Assembly (NCBI RefSeq): GCF_006345805.1
Contig: NW_021836557.1
Coordinates: 1 to 23,888 of the forward strand
From: Octopus sinensis
Taxonomy: Eukaryota
Length of the DNA: 23,888 nt
Reading direction: 5' to 3'
In this document: piece after piece, positions 10,877 through 21,244 of the stretch
How the letters are laid out: each line of letters begins with the position of its first letter
How positions within the stretch are numbered: the stretch's first letter is position 1
Made by a program: the position numbers and the translations under genes
Notes under the pieces: model-generated
Told to the model about the DNA's origin: nothing
The model's input: the letters and a program-made list of their open reading frames with translations, nothing else
Databases searched by the model: none

Positions 10877-11087
10877 AGTTTCGGGGAGACTCAGCGTAAC
10901 ACAGAGTGTAACAAGGCTGGTCTTTTGACGTACAGGTACAACTCATTTTTGCCAGCTAAGTGGACTGGAGCAAAGTGAAATAAAGTATGTTGCTCAAAGA
11001 CACAACACGTTGCCAGATATCGAACTCACGATCATATATATATGATCATCAACTGAATACTCTAACCACTAATGTAGGCGCCTTCAC
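10877..11087 (-). mobile_element. SINE head E with tail 3 (3'-truncated)
   Basis: Reverse complement GTGAAGGCGCC...AGTGGTTAGAG...GAGTTCGATATC...TGTGTCTTTGAGCAACATACTTTATTTCAC.TTGCTCCAGTCCACTTAGCTG aligns with 11872-12013. Segment 10877-10942 aligns with ~17293-17359. Confidence 0.75.
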
Positions 11088-11696
11088 AGATGAATATATG
11101 AATGATGGGAAGAGTGTGAGTTGTGGAGTTAAGAGTTTATAAGTCTCTGTTGCTGTGCAAATGCCGAAATCATTAAAACGAACATTCAAGTGTACATTAA
11201 GGAAACAAGAACAATGTTTGTTGTGGAGATTCTTATAATATGTGTGTGTGTTGTGTGTGTGTGTGTTGTATATGTAAACACGTGCACGTGAACGTATGCT
11301 CAGTTACTCATGTACATGCTCATACACATACACATCAACAGACACGTCTTAATGTCCAAACCTAAGACTGCTTTGTCGGTTTACATTCGGTATCTTAGGA
11401 AACAATATAGTATAGATACGAGATTGTTTGGCTTACACATAAACATGGAACATGACTAGCTTTACTTGTGGGCTAATTGTAGTTCAACTGAGAAAATGTC
11501 GATATTATAGCGAAGTTCCAATGGCTTAGTACAGACCTGCAAGATAACTTTTGGCGTAACAAACCGTTTTAGTGTTTAGTACACGTTTCCATTACAATCT
11601 CTGCACTCCTTTTTGAACCCATTCACACATCATATACACACGCTCACACACACACACACACACTCTCTCTTTCTCTCTCTCACACACACATATATG

Positions 11697-12013
11697 AGGA
11701 AACCCCCTTTGGTCATGATTGACCATGGGATTGCACCTAGAAAGTTACCCACCGAGGCACAAGTCCGGGCAAGGCTACTTGTGGAAGGCCAGCATTCGCC
11801 CATCCAAACCACTGATGTTATCCAGGGGAAAGGCAAAGGGGCCGATACAGCTTAGCACCAGTGATGTCGCAACTCATTTCTACAGCTGAGTTAAGTGGAG
11901 CAACATGAAATAAAGTGTCTTGCTCAAAAACACAACTCGCAACCCGGTCCGAGAATCGAACCCACAGCCTCACGATCGTAAGCTCGACACTAACCTCTGA
12001 GCCTTGCGCCTTT
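11697..12013 (-). mobile_element. SINE head E with tail C
   Basis: Reverse complement AAGGCGCAAGGCTCAGAGGTTAG (A-box-like) ... GGGTTCGATTCTC (B-box) ... GTGTTTTTGAGCAAGACACTTTATTTCA (CORE-like). The tail is shared with 4445-4608. Confidence 0.8.
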
Positions 12014-12016
12014 AGT

Positions 12017-12024
12017 TATGTATG

Positions 12025-12083
<59 letters not shown>

Positions 12084-12295
12084 ATGTACGTATATATATA
12101 TATATATATATTATATATGGTGTGTGTGTGTGTGTGTGTGGTTGTGTGTATGTACGTATATATATATATAAACCTATATAGTATATATATATATATATAC
12201 ATACCTTCCAATACATATATATATACAGATATATATATCTGTATATATATTATATACGCATATATTTACGTATAAATAAATTTATATATATATAT
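12017..12295. repeat. (TA)n/(TG)n microsatellite
   Basis: Seen directly. Confidence 0.95.
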
Positions 12296-13179
12296 GATAA
12301 CGATTTTTCTGCTGTCTTGAACTATTCTCTGCATGTAATTCTAATTCCCACAGCGAGTCCGTGTATGTGAGGAATCGATCTTGACACCTGCCAATTCACA
12401 GACTTCTCGTATGTCCTCTCAAGGATTCTTAATTTTGGCTGAATCATATAAACACTTTAAACTGGCAACCGCACCTTTGCTGCATCATTACAACTAACAA
12501 AATCCACCAACCCTTTATTTTGACAGCAGATCAAAGGATCAGGTTGTTGTTTTTTTTTTCCCACACACTCCTTCTAGGCGAAGTGTTTCAATGATACTTC
12601 TACAAGCTTTCAAGTTACATAATCTTCTTAGAATCGGAAAGCTGATTTGTCGAATAATGAAAAACAAAATAAGGAAAAAACCAAATGAAATTATCATCAG
12701 TTAACAAGAATTCGTTTCAAAATCGACAAGAATCCACGTCTATTGTAAAGAAACACATCAGAAGATACATTGCTACGTACGTATCACTAACACATACACA
12801 TACACGTACATTATCCCTTTCGTATGTTCTGGCTGTTTTTAGACAGTAAACTTTCTACAATCACTTTGTTTATTACAACACTTGCTGAACAATTTACAAT
12901 GTTGATGAAAATGTCATGCACCTGCTTCTATTTGTAATTTTTCTTTCGGAATTATACAACGTGTTTCTTCATCTCGTAATTCTATTGGCATCATGACTTA
13001 GCCTTGTTTTTCGTCCATATCTGATGTGTTCTTCATTGCTGCTGTTCTTATAAATATATATATATGCTGAACATATTCTCTGGATTCGATACAATCCAGA
13101 TTTTTCTTATTAGCATTATTAAATAATTTTGCTATTGGAGACTTTTTTCTTACCTTTCATTTCTGTGTATGTGTAAGTA

Positions 13180-13208
13180 AATATATATATATATATATAT
13201 ATAATATA

Positions 13209-13249
<41 letters not shown>

Positions 13250-13650
13250 TATATATATATGTATAAGTGTATATAGGTATTCGTATATATTTTTTATGTA
13301 CGCATATATCTATCACTACATACATAGGCTATACGCACACATGTTTATATATCTATGCATATGATCATCTTCTCGTTATTGTTCTAATAATAATAATAAT
13401 AATAATAATAATTACTATTATTATTATTATTATTATTATTATCATTATTCTTCTTATTATTATTACAAGTTGAAGCTTCTAATAAAAACTATACAAACGG
13501 CTTTTTGTACCGAGCACGTCCGTTTTATTTTTTCATCTGGAAACACTAACGTGCACCAACACGCACACACACACACACGCACACATACACACAGAAACAG
13601 ACACAGACACACACACACACACACTCACACACGCACACATGCACACACGT
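13180..13650. repeat. Microsatellite cluster: (TA)n, (TAA)n/(TTA)n, (CA)n
   Basis: Seen directly at ~13180-13262, 13385-13464 and 13558-13650. Confidence 0.9.
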
Positions 13651-13957
13651 GTTTATATAGATATATAGACACGCAACTGTACATGGTATAATTATGTTCC
13701 TTTCTCTCCTCTTCTGTTCCTCTTTTTTTCTTCCCTTCTTCCTATCTTTCCTTGTTTGTTTCCTTCTTCCTTCGTACTTACCCCCCCTCCACTATATTTC
13801 CGATTTTCGTATTACTCAATACTTTTTATGAAATATAGATTTTTGCTTTCGAACCAATATTTTTTCTTTTTCAATATTCGATCTGACGTTTATTACGATA
13901 TTTTCTTCTGATATTTATGGCTGTATACGTAATTCGTATATGCATGTATGAAATCGT

Positions 13958-14335
13958 GTGTGTCTATATACATTTATAACATATACAAAAACATTTATAC
14001 ATATACATATATAACATATACATATACAAATATAATGCATGTGTATATATATATATATATATGGATGTATATACATATACATATATGTATGTACGTATAT
14101 ATATATATGTATGTATATATCTATATACAGAGAGATGTATATATACACATATATATGTATATATAAACATGTACATATGTATGATGTATATACTTCTATT
14201 TCCCTGTGCCCTGGTATGTAAGTGCTTACAAGTGCTTTCTAGACCAGGAATGTATTCATGCACATCTTTAAGCATCTATATAAATATGTATATGTGTAGA
14301 TATATAGATATACACACATGTATATCTACATGTAA

Positions 14336-14389
<54 letters not shown>
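13958..14389. repeat. (TA)/(TATG)-rich low-complexity tract
   Basis: Seen directly. Confidence 0.9.
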
Positions 14390-14593
14390 GGGAAGCTTTA
14401 TGAAAATAGACAAAAGACGAAGGCAGGTGGAAAACAAACAAACAATTGTATTTGTATGGCGCTCAGGAAATATAAATAAAACAAGTCTTTAACGTTTCGA
14501 GACTACGCTCTTCAACAGAAAGATACACAGAGAGAAAAAAACACAGAAAGAAGGAGAGAAAAAAAATGCGTGCAGTAACTAACGAACCAACAT
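14390..14593 (-). mobile_element. Penelope-like terminal-repeat fragment with a hammerhead-like motif (copy 1)
   Basis: Reverse complement of 19342-19544 with about 8 differences in ~204 bp. Flanked on both sides by (TA)n. Motif at 14486-14523. Confidence 0.7.
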
Positions 14594-15729
14594 ATATATA
14601 TATGATATTTACGTATATTTATGTATATATATGCTTATAGATATATATGCTCATATACACATACATATATGCTCACACACACGTACACACCAAGAGTTTT
14701 AGTGAAACCCACAAAGGAAGTTCTTTGCGTACAATAATCACTAACCGTTGCTAAATTCGAACCAAGAAGGAGAGATAATTGAAAGAAATTTAGAAGAAGG
14801 ACATGATGAATTCTCATACTTGGAAAAAAGATAAATAACTGAAAATGCTACCTTCATTTCGTAGACGAATGTCAGTGACCCACATTGCATTTTGGCATTG
14901 ATTCAGTCTCATCTGAAGAATATCGTTGATGAGATTTAGATAAAGTAACTGATGCATAACAATCGAGAACATTCTTGTGTAATGTTAATTTGCGTATTCA
15001 AAATCTAAATGCCTCTAGAGTCCAATGGAATGAAATTCGATAAGAAATTGAAGCAGTGAATATTTTAGGCTGCTCACGATATATTAATAGCTTATTAAAG
15101 TTCCTTTAGTGACAGAGAAGGAATTAGCATCTTAAAATTATCTCCCCTTTTCATTAACGGATGTTAATAATTGCCGCTAGGTCAATTATATCTTTCATCT
15201 GAGATTGAATTTTATTAATTTAAATCTGTAACTTGTACTTCAGTTTTGTATTTCGTTTATAAGATTCTGTCGTTAATCAGAAAAAAAGGAAATAAATTAA
15301 TGAACGCTTCATTTTTTTTTAATCAGGATTAATGCCAGTAGTCCCGCGAGTTATTCTATCTTCGCCCCTTTAAATTTTAATTATGCAAATTACCTTTGGC
15401 CAAGTACGTACTGAAGTGTGTTTTTGTATGTATGTTAACTTGCTCAGGCCTAATTAAAGCGGGAATGGAGATTGCTATGTTGATGAGGCCAAACTGAAAC
15501 CGAAAGTAACTGTCTGCCTCCTCTGACACATAGATAGGATTGTTCTTCTCTCTTAGAAAGTGAATACTAATGTGAATATATTGCTCCAAAGTATTTTGAC
15601 TCTTCATTCTATGCTGCTAGGTTTTTATTATCGTGTACGACTTTCAGAACACACCGGTACTCATTTGTTATTTAAATTCGGATCACTGAACATTTTGACC
15701 TATTTTCTCTCTCCCTGAGAGTCAAAGAT

Positions 15730-15920
15730 AGACAGAAAGACACACATACACACACACGAAAGGCTTCCACACTCCTTCCCGGTTGCAAATTCACTCACAA
15801 AGTATTGGTCATTCCGGGGATAAAGTAGAAGATAGTTGCGTTATGTGCCGCGCAGTGGATTGAAACCGAAATCACGCCGTTGCAAAGCGAACATCTTAAC
15901 AACACAACCATGTCAGCGCC
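15730..15920 (-). mobile_element. Old SINE type D head
   Basis: Reverse complement GGCGCTGACATGGTTGTGTTGTTAAG...GGTTTCAATCCACTGCGCGGCAC...TCTTCTACT...GACCAATACTTTGTGAGTGAATTTG aligns with 1551-1670 and is followed by (TG)n. Confidence 0.65.
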
Positions 15921-16252
15921 AAGCCAAAATGAGCCGAAAGAAATAAACAAGAGGCCAGTGCCACGTATTTGAACAAGAAAGCTGAATAAGGAGCCATATG
16001 GAATCATATAAGACACGTTGCTTTTGAGTCGTTGAAATCATCACTGCCCTCATTCGAGCTCGCTGCTTGAAAACACAGAATTTGAATAAACAATTCCCAC
16101 ACTAAATCACACCTTACCACATGACTTACTGGAAAATGAAGTCCTAGGTAATTATGGCATCAAAAACAAACAGGATGGTCACAGAGTGTCTGCTCATATA
16201 ATCTACATAAACAAATGAAAATATACATGCCGCCTCACTGCGTATATAACTA

Positions 16253-16803
16253 TTGGGTTGTCCGGAAAGTTCTTGCGGATTTATAGTAGCTTATCTTTCG
16301 ACTTATTTTAGAACATGGTTGAGTCCATAAAATAGGATTTGACTACACCTCCATTTAGAGCACAGTTTAAGCTATCTTTTTGTGGAAGAAGGTATATGTT
16401 CCTATAACCTGTATTAATTCTGTAACCCTTTAAAACGGACGATAAGAAAGTTCATTTTCGGCACTTGATACTTTGAGAACCAGACAAAAATTGCTGCAGC
16501 TCGGCTGGGATGTGTTACCCATCCTTCATATTCACTAGATATTGCTCCTTCGGCTTTCCACTTATTAAGGTCTCTGCAGAATAGTCTTAATTGTAAAAAT
16601 TTCAATTCCTTGGATGACGTAAAAAGATACTTTGATGAATTCTTTGTCATGAAACCACCTCAATTCTGGGAAGAGGGTATTTTTAAGTTAAAGGAAAGAT
16701 GGAGAGGCATTGTGCAACAAAATCGTTCAAAATGTAATGGCAAGTATATATTGAAATTTTTTCTTTCGTTTAAAAATCGGCACGAACTTTCCGGACAACC
16801 CAA
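16253..16803 (+). mobile_element. Internally deleted mariner element (551 bp), mellifera-subfamily-like
   Basis: TA TSD at 16251-16252 and 16804-16805. TIRs TTGGGTTGTCCGGAAAGTTC are perfect over 20 bp and match 28/30. Transposase relics lie inside. Confidence 0.95.
16435..16733 (+). pseudogene. Mariner transposase relic (N-terminus fused to C-terminus)
   Basis: ACG-DDKKVHFRHLIL* joins RTRQKLLQLGWDVLP, then a frameshift, then PSYSLDIAPSAFHLLRSLQNSLN...FWEEGIFKLKERWRGIVQQN. This is a degenerate YSPDLAPSD motif with the catalytic third Asp replaced by Ala. Confidence 0.9.
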
Positions 16804-16829
16804 TATATTAAATATATTTTTTTCAACTG

Positions 16830-17010
16830 GAGGCACAACGCCTGAAATTTCGAGGGAATAAATCTAGTCCATTACACTGACTCCAGTGCTCAGCTGGTTC
16901 TTATTTCATCGACCCCGAAGGATGAAAATCAACCTCATTGGTGTTTCAATTCAGAACGTTTAGGACGGACGAAAGGCTGCTAAATATTTTGTCTGGTTTG
17001 CTGACGAATC
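16830..17010 (-). mobile_element. Degenerate SINE type B
   Basis: Reverse complement ...ACGTTCTGAATTGAAA...TTTTCATCCTTCGGGGTCGATGAAATAAGAACCAGCTGAGCACTGGAGTC...AAATTTCAGGCGTTGTGCC. Confidence 0.75.
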
Positions 17011-17011
17011 A

Positions 17012-17093
17012 CACCTTGGGTAACTGTGTCCTATTATAACCTCGGACCTACAAAAGCCTTGTGAGTGAATCTGCAAGAAGGAAACGGAAAGAA
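17012..17093 (+). mobile_element. SINE type D CORE-like fragment
   Basis: CACCTTGGGTAACTGTGTCCTATTATAACCTCGGACCTACAAAAGCCTTGTGAGTGAAT aligns with 1608-1665. Confidence 0.65.
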
Positions 17094-17149
17094 ACAACAA
17101 CAACAACAACAACAACAATAACAACAATAATAATAATAATAATAATAAT

Positions 17150-17925
17150 ATACTTTCTAATCGATGTGGATGGAAGCACTCCGTCGGTTACGACGATGAG
17201 GGTTCCGGTTGATCCGAATCAACGGAACAGCCTGCTCGTGAAATTAACGTGTAAGTGGCTGAGCACTCCACAGACACGTGCACCCTTAACGTAGTTCTCG
17301 GGGATATTCAGCGTGACACAGAGAGTGACAAGGCCGGCCCCTTGAAATACAGGTACAACAGAAACAGGAAGTAAGAGTGAGAGAAAGTTGTGGTGAAAGA
17401 GTACAGCAGGGATCACCACCATCCCCTGCCGGAGCCTCGTGGAGCTTTTTAGGTGTTTTCGCTCAATAAACACTCACAACGCCCGGTCTGGGAATCGAAA
17501 CCGCGATCCTATGACCGCGAGTCCGCTGCCCTAACCACTGGGCCATTGCGCCTCCACTCTAATCGATGTATCACTATCAACAGATGATAACGTTTCTTCA
17601 AAAGGAATGTAGAAACTTTCAAAATACAAAGATATGGAAACAGAGGTAACAAAAAACTGAAACAATTCCTATCATAATAGATGCATTAGGTATGATAAGA
17701 AAATATTCAGACAAATACATACGAAAACCACCACGACTAACAAGCATATATGCCATACAGAACAACAGCACTGCTAGGCAGAACACGCTTCCTACGTAAA
17801 ACAGTTTCCATACAGTGAAAATAAGAGCAACACAACAAACCACAACACATACCCATGGCACACAGAGCTGCACTCAATATTGCAGTGAAAGCATGTGATA
17901 GAAATAAAAGACTACTGAATGATAA
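17150..17925 (+). mobile_element. 5'-truncated R4/Dong-like RLE LINE within a (TAA)n array, interrupted by SINE A
   Basis: Removing the SINE and one TSD copy gives YFLIDVSLSTDDNVSSKGM*KLSKYKDMETEVT/KTETIPIIIDALGMIRKYSDKYIRKPPRLTSIYAIQ/TALLGRTRFLRKTVSIQ* (stop 17816-17818). This fits the RLE C-terminal domain (IDV....D..K..KY..L, IPI.IGALG, LLGTA.ILRK). A ~105-bp 3' UTR and TAC/TAA repeats follow, and (TAA)n also lies upstream at ~17127-17150. Confidence 0.85.
17168..17557 (-). mobile_element. Full-length SINE head A with tail 3 and a perfect 12-bp TSD
   Basis: TSD TCTAATCGATGT at 17156-17167 and 17558-17569. Head has A-box TGGCCCAGTGG, B-box GTTTCGATTCC and TCG at the anticodon-like position (tRNA-Arg-like, compatible with octopus OR-type SINEs). 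Confidence 0.93.
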
Positions 17926-17963
<38 letters not shown>

Positions 17964-17996
17964 ATAATAATAATAATAATAATAATAATGCTTATG

Positions 17997-18033
<37 letters not shown>

Positions 18034-18265
18034 TAATAATAATAATAATAATGATGATAATAATAATAATAATAATAATAATGATAATAATGATGATAAT
18101 AATAATGATAATAATAATAATAAAAATAATAATAATAATAACAATAATAATAATAATAACAATAATAATAATAATAACAATAATAATAATAATAATAATA
18201 ACAATAACAATAACAATAACAATAATGATAATAATAATAATAATAACAATAATAATAATAACAAC

Positions 18266-18312
<47 letters not shown>

Positions 18313-18320
18313 TAGTAATG

Positions 18321-18366
<46 letters not shown>

Positions 18367-18388
18367 CAACAACAACAACAACAACAAC

Positions 18389-18423
<35 letters not shown>

Positions 18424-18440
18424 TGATGATGATGATGATA
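17925..18440. repeat. (TAC)n-(TAA)n-(CAA)n-(TGA)n microsatellite, ~515 bp
   Basis: Seen directly; source of the poly-N/I/L/Y ORFs. Confidence 0.97.
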
Positions 18441-18458
18441 TGACACAGCATGTGCATA

Positions 18459-19109
18459 TGACAGCGAGCTGCCGGGAAGGTAGATCAAATCTGAAACTAT
18501 CACGAAGCAGGAATTGAGATTTCGCAGAAGCAAATCTTAAAAAACAGACTCAATGTAAGCTATCTCAGTAAACTGAAAGATTTTTCTTCTATGGAGTATA
18601 TCATATATATATATACACGTTTGAGTATGTGTGTGTGTAAGTGTGTGTATGAAAAGAACTTCTCTTTAGACAGCAACATGTGCGTAAAAATGTAAACACT
18701 GCACTATTTCTTTACGGCAACTGCAAATCTTGGAGTAAATTTTTAAATTTTAACTATCAAAGTTTAATTACATATACATACGAATTTATACAAGACCTCT
18801 ATGTATATATGTGCATTGCTGTTTCTTCTCGGTCTCTCGCTGATACATCGATAATAATTATAATTACGAAAGAAACAGCAACACACGTCTCCATTGGCAG
18901 TATTCAGTTAAAAAAAGGAAACGCCGTAAGAGAATACTGCAGCGAATACCAAACGGCATCGGCGCGTGTGACAGCGAGCTGCCGGGAAGATAGATCAAAT
19001 CTGGAACAATCACAAAGCATGAGCTGAGAATCTGCAAAACCAATGAAAGAAAACAATATATCACTGTAAATAATCTCATGAAGCTGAAAGATTTTTCTTA
19101 TATGGAGTA
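18459..19109 (+). repeat. ~140-bp direct repeat pair (18459-18599 and 18969-19109)
   Basis: Shared TGACAGCGAGCTGCCGGGAAG.TAGATCAAATCTG.AAC.ATCAC.AAGCA ... CTGAAAGATTTTTCTT.TATGGAGTAT, with conserved ends and a diverged middle. Confidence 0.88.
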
Positions 19110-19341
19110 TCCCATACATACGCACGTCCAGACCAATCTTACGCACTAATACTCTCTCACACACACACACACCCTTATACATACTAATACATACACCAAC
19201 CCTATACATACACACATCCAGACCCCTCCCACGCACTTTTAGCTGGTCCCTCAACCCATTTATCAACCCTATTATCTCCCCTTATTTCGCTCTCGCGTCT
19301 CATGTTTGATCTTTGACCTCTGGCCGCGAAATCAGATCGCC

Positions 19342-19544
19342 ATGTTGATTCGTTAGCTACTGCACGCATTTTTTTTCTCTCCTTCTTTCTGTGTTTTTCT
19401 CTCTCTGTGTATCTTTCTGTTGAAGAGCGTAGGCTCGAAACGTTAAAGACTTGTTTTATTTATATTCCTGAGCGCCATACTAATACAATTGTTCGTTTGT
19501 TTTCCACCTGCCTTCGTCTTTTGTTTATTTTCATAAAGCTTCCC
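19342..19544 (+). mobile_element. Penelope-like terminal-repeat fragment (copy 2; may extend upstream to ~19125)
   Basis: Inverted near-identical copy of 14390-14593; the 3' end runs into (TA)n. Confidence 0.7.
19412..19449 (+). ncRNA. Minimal type-I hammerhead-ribozyme-like motif (variant core)
   Basis: TCTTT-CTGTTGA-A-GAGC-gtag-GCTC-GAA-ACGT-T-AAAGA: 5-bp stem I, 4-bp stem II, palindromic ACGT stem III. The core is CUGUUGA rather than CUGANGA. Confidence 0.5.
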
Positions 19545-19729
19545 GTTATATATATATATATATGTATTGAGAGAGATTTTATGTATATATATATAGGTGT
19601 ATATATATATAGAGAGAGAGAGACAGAGAGGGGAGAGATTGTAAAGTTAAGACAACAAAAGAATGAAAGAGACCGTGATATGAATAATAATACTAATAAT
19701 AATAACAACAATAATGATAATTATTATTG

Positions 19730-20752
19730 TTGAGTGAACGAGCAGAGCATGCCATCGGAATGACACGGGTACAAATATACGAAGCGCAGTATACCCATCA
19801 TGAGTACTCGTCTGATAAGGGTACACCAGGCAGATGCATCACAACCATATGCACGCGACATGGTGATCTCATATCAAGATAAATAGCACATGACCAGGTG
19901 AGGCCCAGTTAGAATTTTGTTCAAGCTGAGTAGCTCATCCTACTCAAAAGATCCTTGAATAAGGTTCATGTCAAGTATGATAAGCAAGGCACCCATGTTT
20001 CCAGAGGTGAATCGTTCAAACCCCAAAGATTTCCTCTCAACACATGGCTATGATGCTCCCCCACTTCTGCCAGTGATCAGAGATGCACATATGGTCAGCC
20101 ACTAAGGGACATGCTCAACTATTTAAGGTCAAACAAGTGACAGGCAAATGTATGGTATTGAGCGGAATATTTGGCGTATCCCATCTTTTATACCAAGACA
20201 AAACAATGAACATGATAACACTTCCAATCAATTAAGATCAAATACACGAAGCAGTACAACCATCATGACTACCCGTCTAATAAGGGTACACCAGGCACAT
20301 GCATCACAACCATATGTGCTCGACGTTGTGATCTCCTGTCAAGATAAACAGACCATGACCATGCTGGTGGAGCCCAGTTAGAATTTTCTTCTGGTCGAGA
20401 AACCGATCCCACTCAAAAGGTCCTTGAATAAGGATTGTTTAAGGTTGTTGAACAAACGACCCATGTTTCCAAAGGTGAATTATCCAAATCACCAAGAATT
20501 CCTTCCAACACACGGCTATGATGCTCCACCACTTACTTCTGCTTGTGATCAGAAATGCACATATTGTCAACCATCAAGAGACATGGCCAACTGGTTAAGG
20601 CCAAACAACTGACAAGCAAATCTGTGGTATTGAGCAGAATATTTGCTGTAGCCCATCTTTTATACCAAGACAAAACAATGTACATGATAACACTTCCAAT
20701 AAGTTAAGCTCAGAAGCCATGAGAGCTACTATGTGGTACTGCATCAGGGCAT
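19730..20752. repeat. Unclassified element with a diverged ~470-bp tandem duplication (19772-20238 and ~20238-20711), flanked by TTA/TAA microsatellites
   Basis: Collinear blocks ATAAGGGTACACCAGGCA, CCCAGTTAGAATTTT, GGCTATGATGCTCC and CCCATCTTTTATACCAAGACAAAACAATG occur in both units. Confidence 0.85.
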
Positions 20753-20754
20753 TT

Positions 20755-20839
20755 GTTATTGTTGCTATTATTATCATCATCATCATCATCATTATTATTA
20801 TTATTATTATTATTATGTTATTATTACTACTACTACTAC

Positions 20840-20890
<51 letters not shown>

Positions 20891-21008
20891 GATTATTATT
20901 ATTATCATTATTATTAGTATTATTATTATCATTATTATTATTAGTAGTAGTAGTAGTAGTTGTAGTAGGACGAGTGGTGGGAGTGGCGGTGGCGGTGGCG
21001 GTGGTGGA
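20755..21008. repeat. (TTA)/(TCA)/(TAG)/(GGTGGC) compound microsatellite
   Basis: Seen directly. Confidence 0.95.
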
Positions 21009-21244
21009 TGTTAAATTCTGTGAAAAAACAGGTGAGGGCTTCACAAGCTTATCAACAAGTCAGTATTTATCTAAAGACTTTCTGTGGTTTCCTACTTTGG
21101 AGACCGGTTACTCGTCATCCTCTGAGAAGCGTGTGTTTGCCAAAGCCTGCACTTACAGGCATGCAACACCGTAGGCACGCAGTCATACACATTCACACTC
21201 GTACATCGCAACACACGACCACATCTACTTAGGCACTGATTTAA

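Noticed and set aside
15478-15512. TTGATGAGG...CCGAAAGTA hammerhead-like string
   Set aside because: Only a 2-bp stem II, with no workable stem I or III; probably chance.
17855-18533. Poly-N/I/L/Y ORFs
   Set aside because: Translations of (TAA)n.
20974-21174. 66-aa non-repetitive ORF or possible exon
   Set aside because: No recognisable domain, it starts inside a microsatellite, and no convincing acceptor/donor pair was found.
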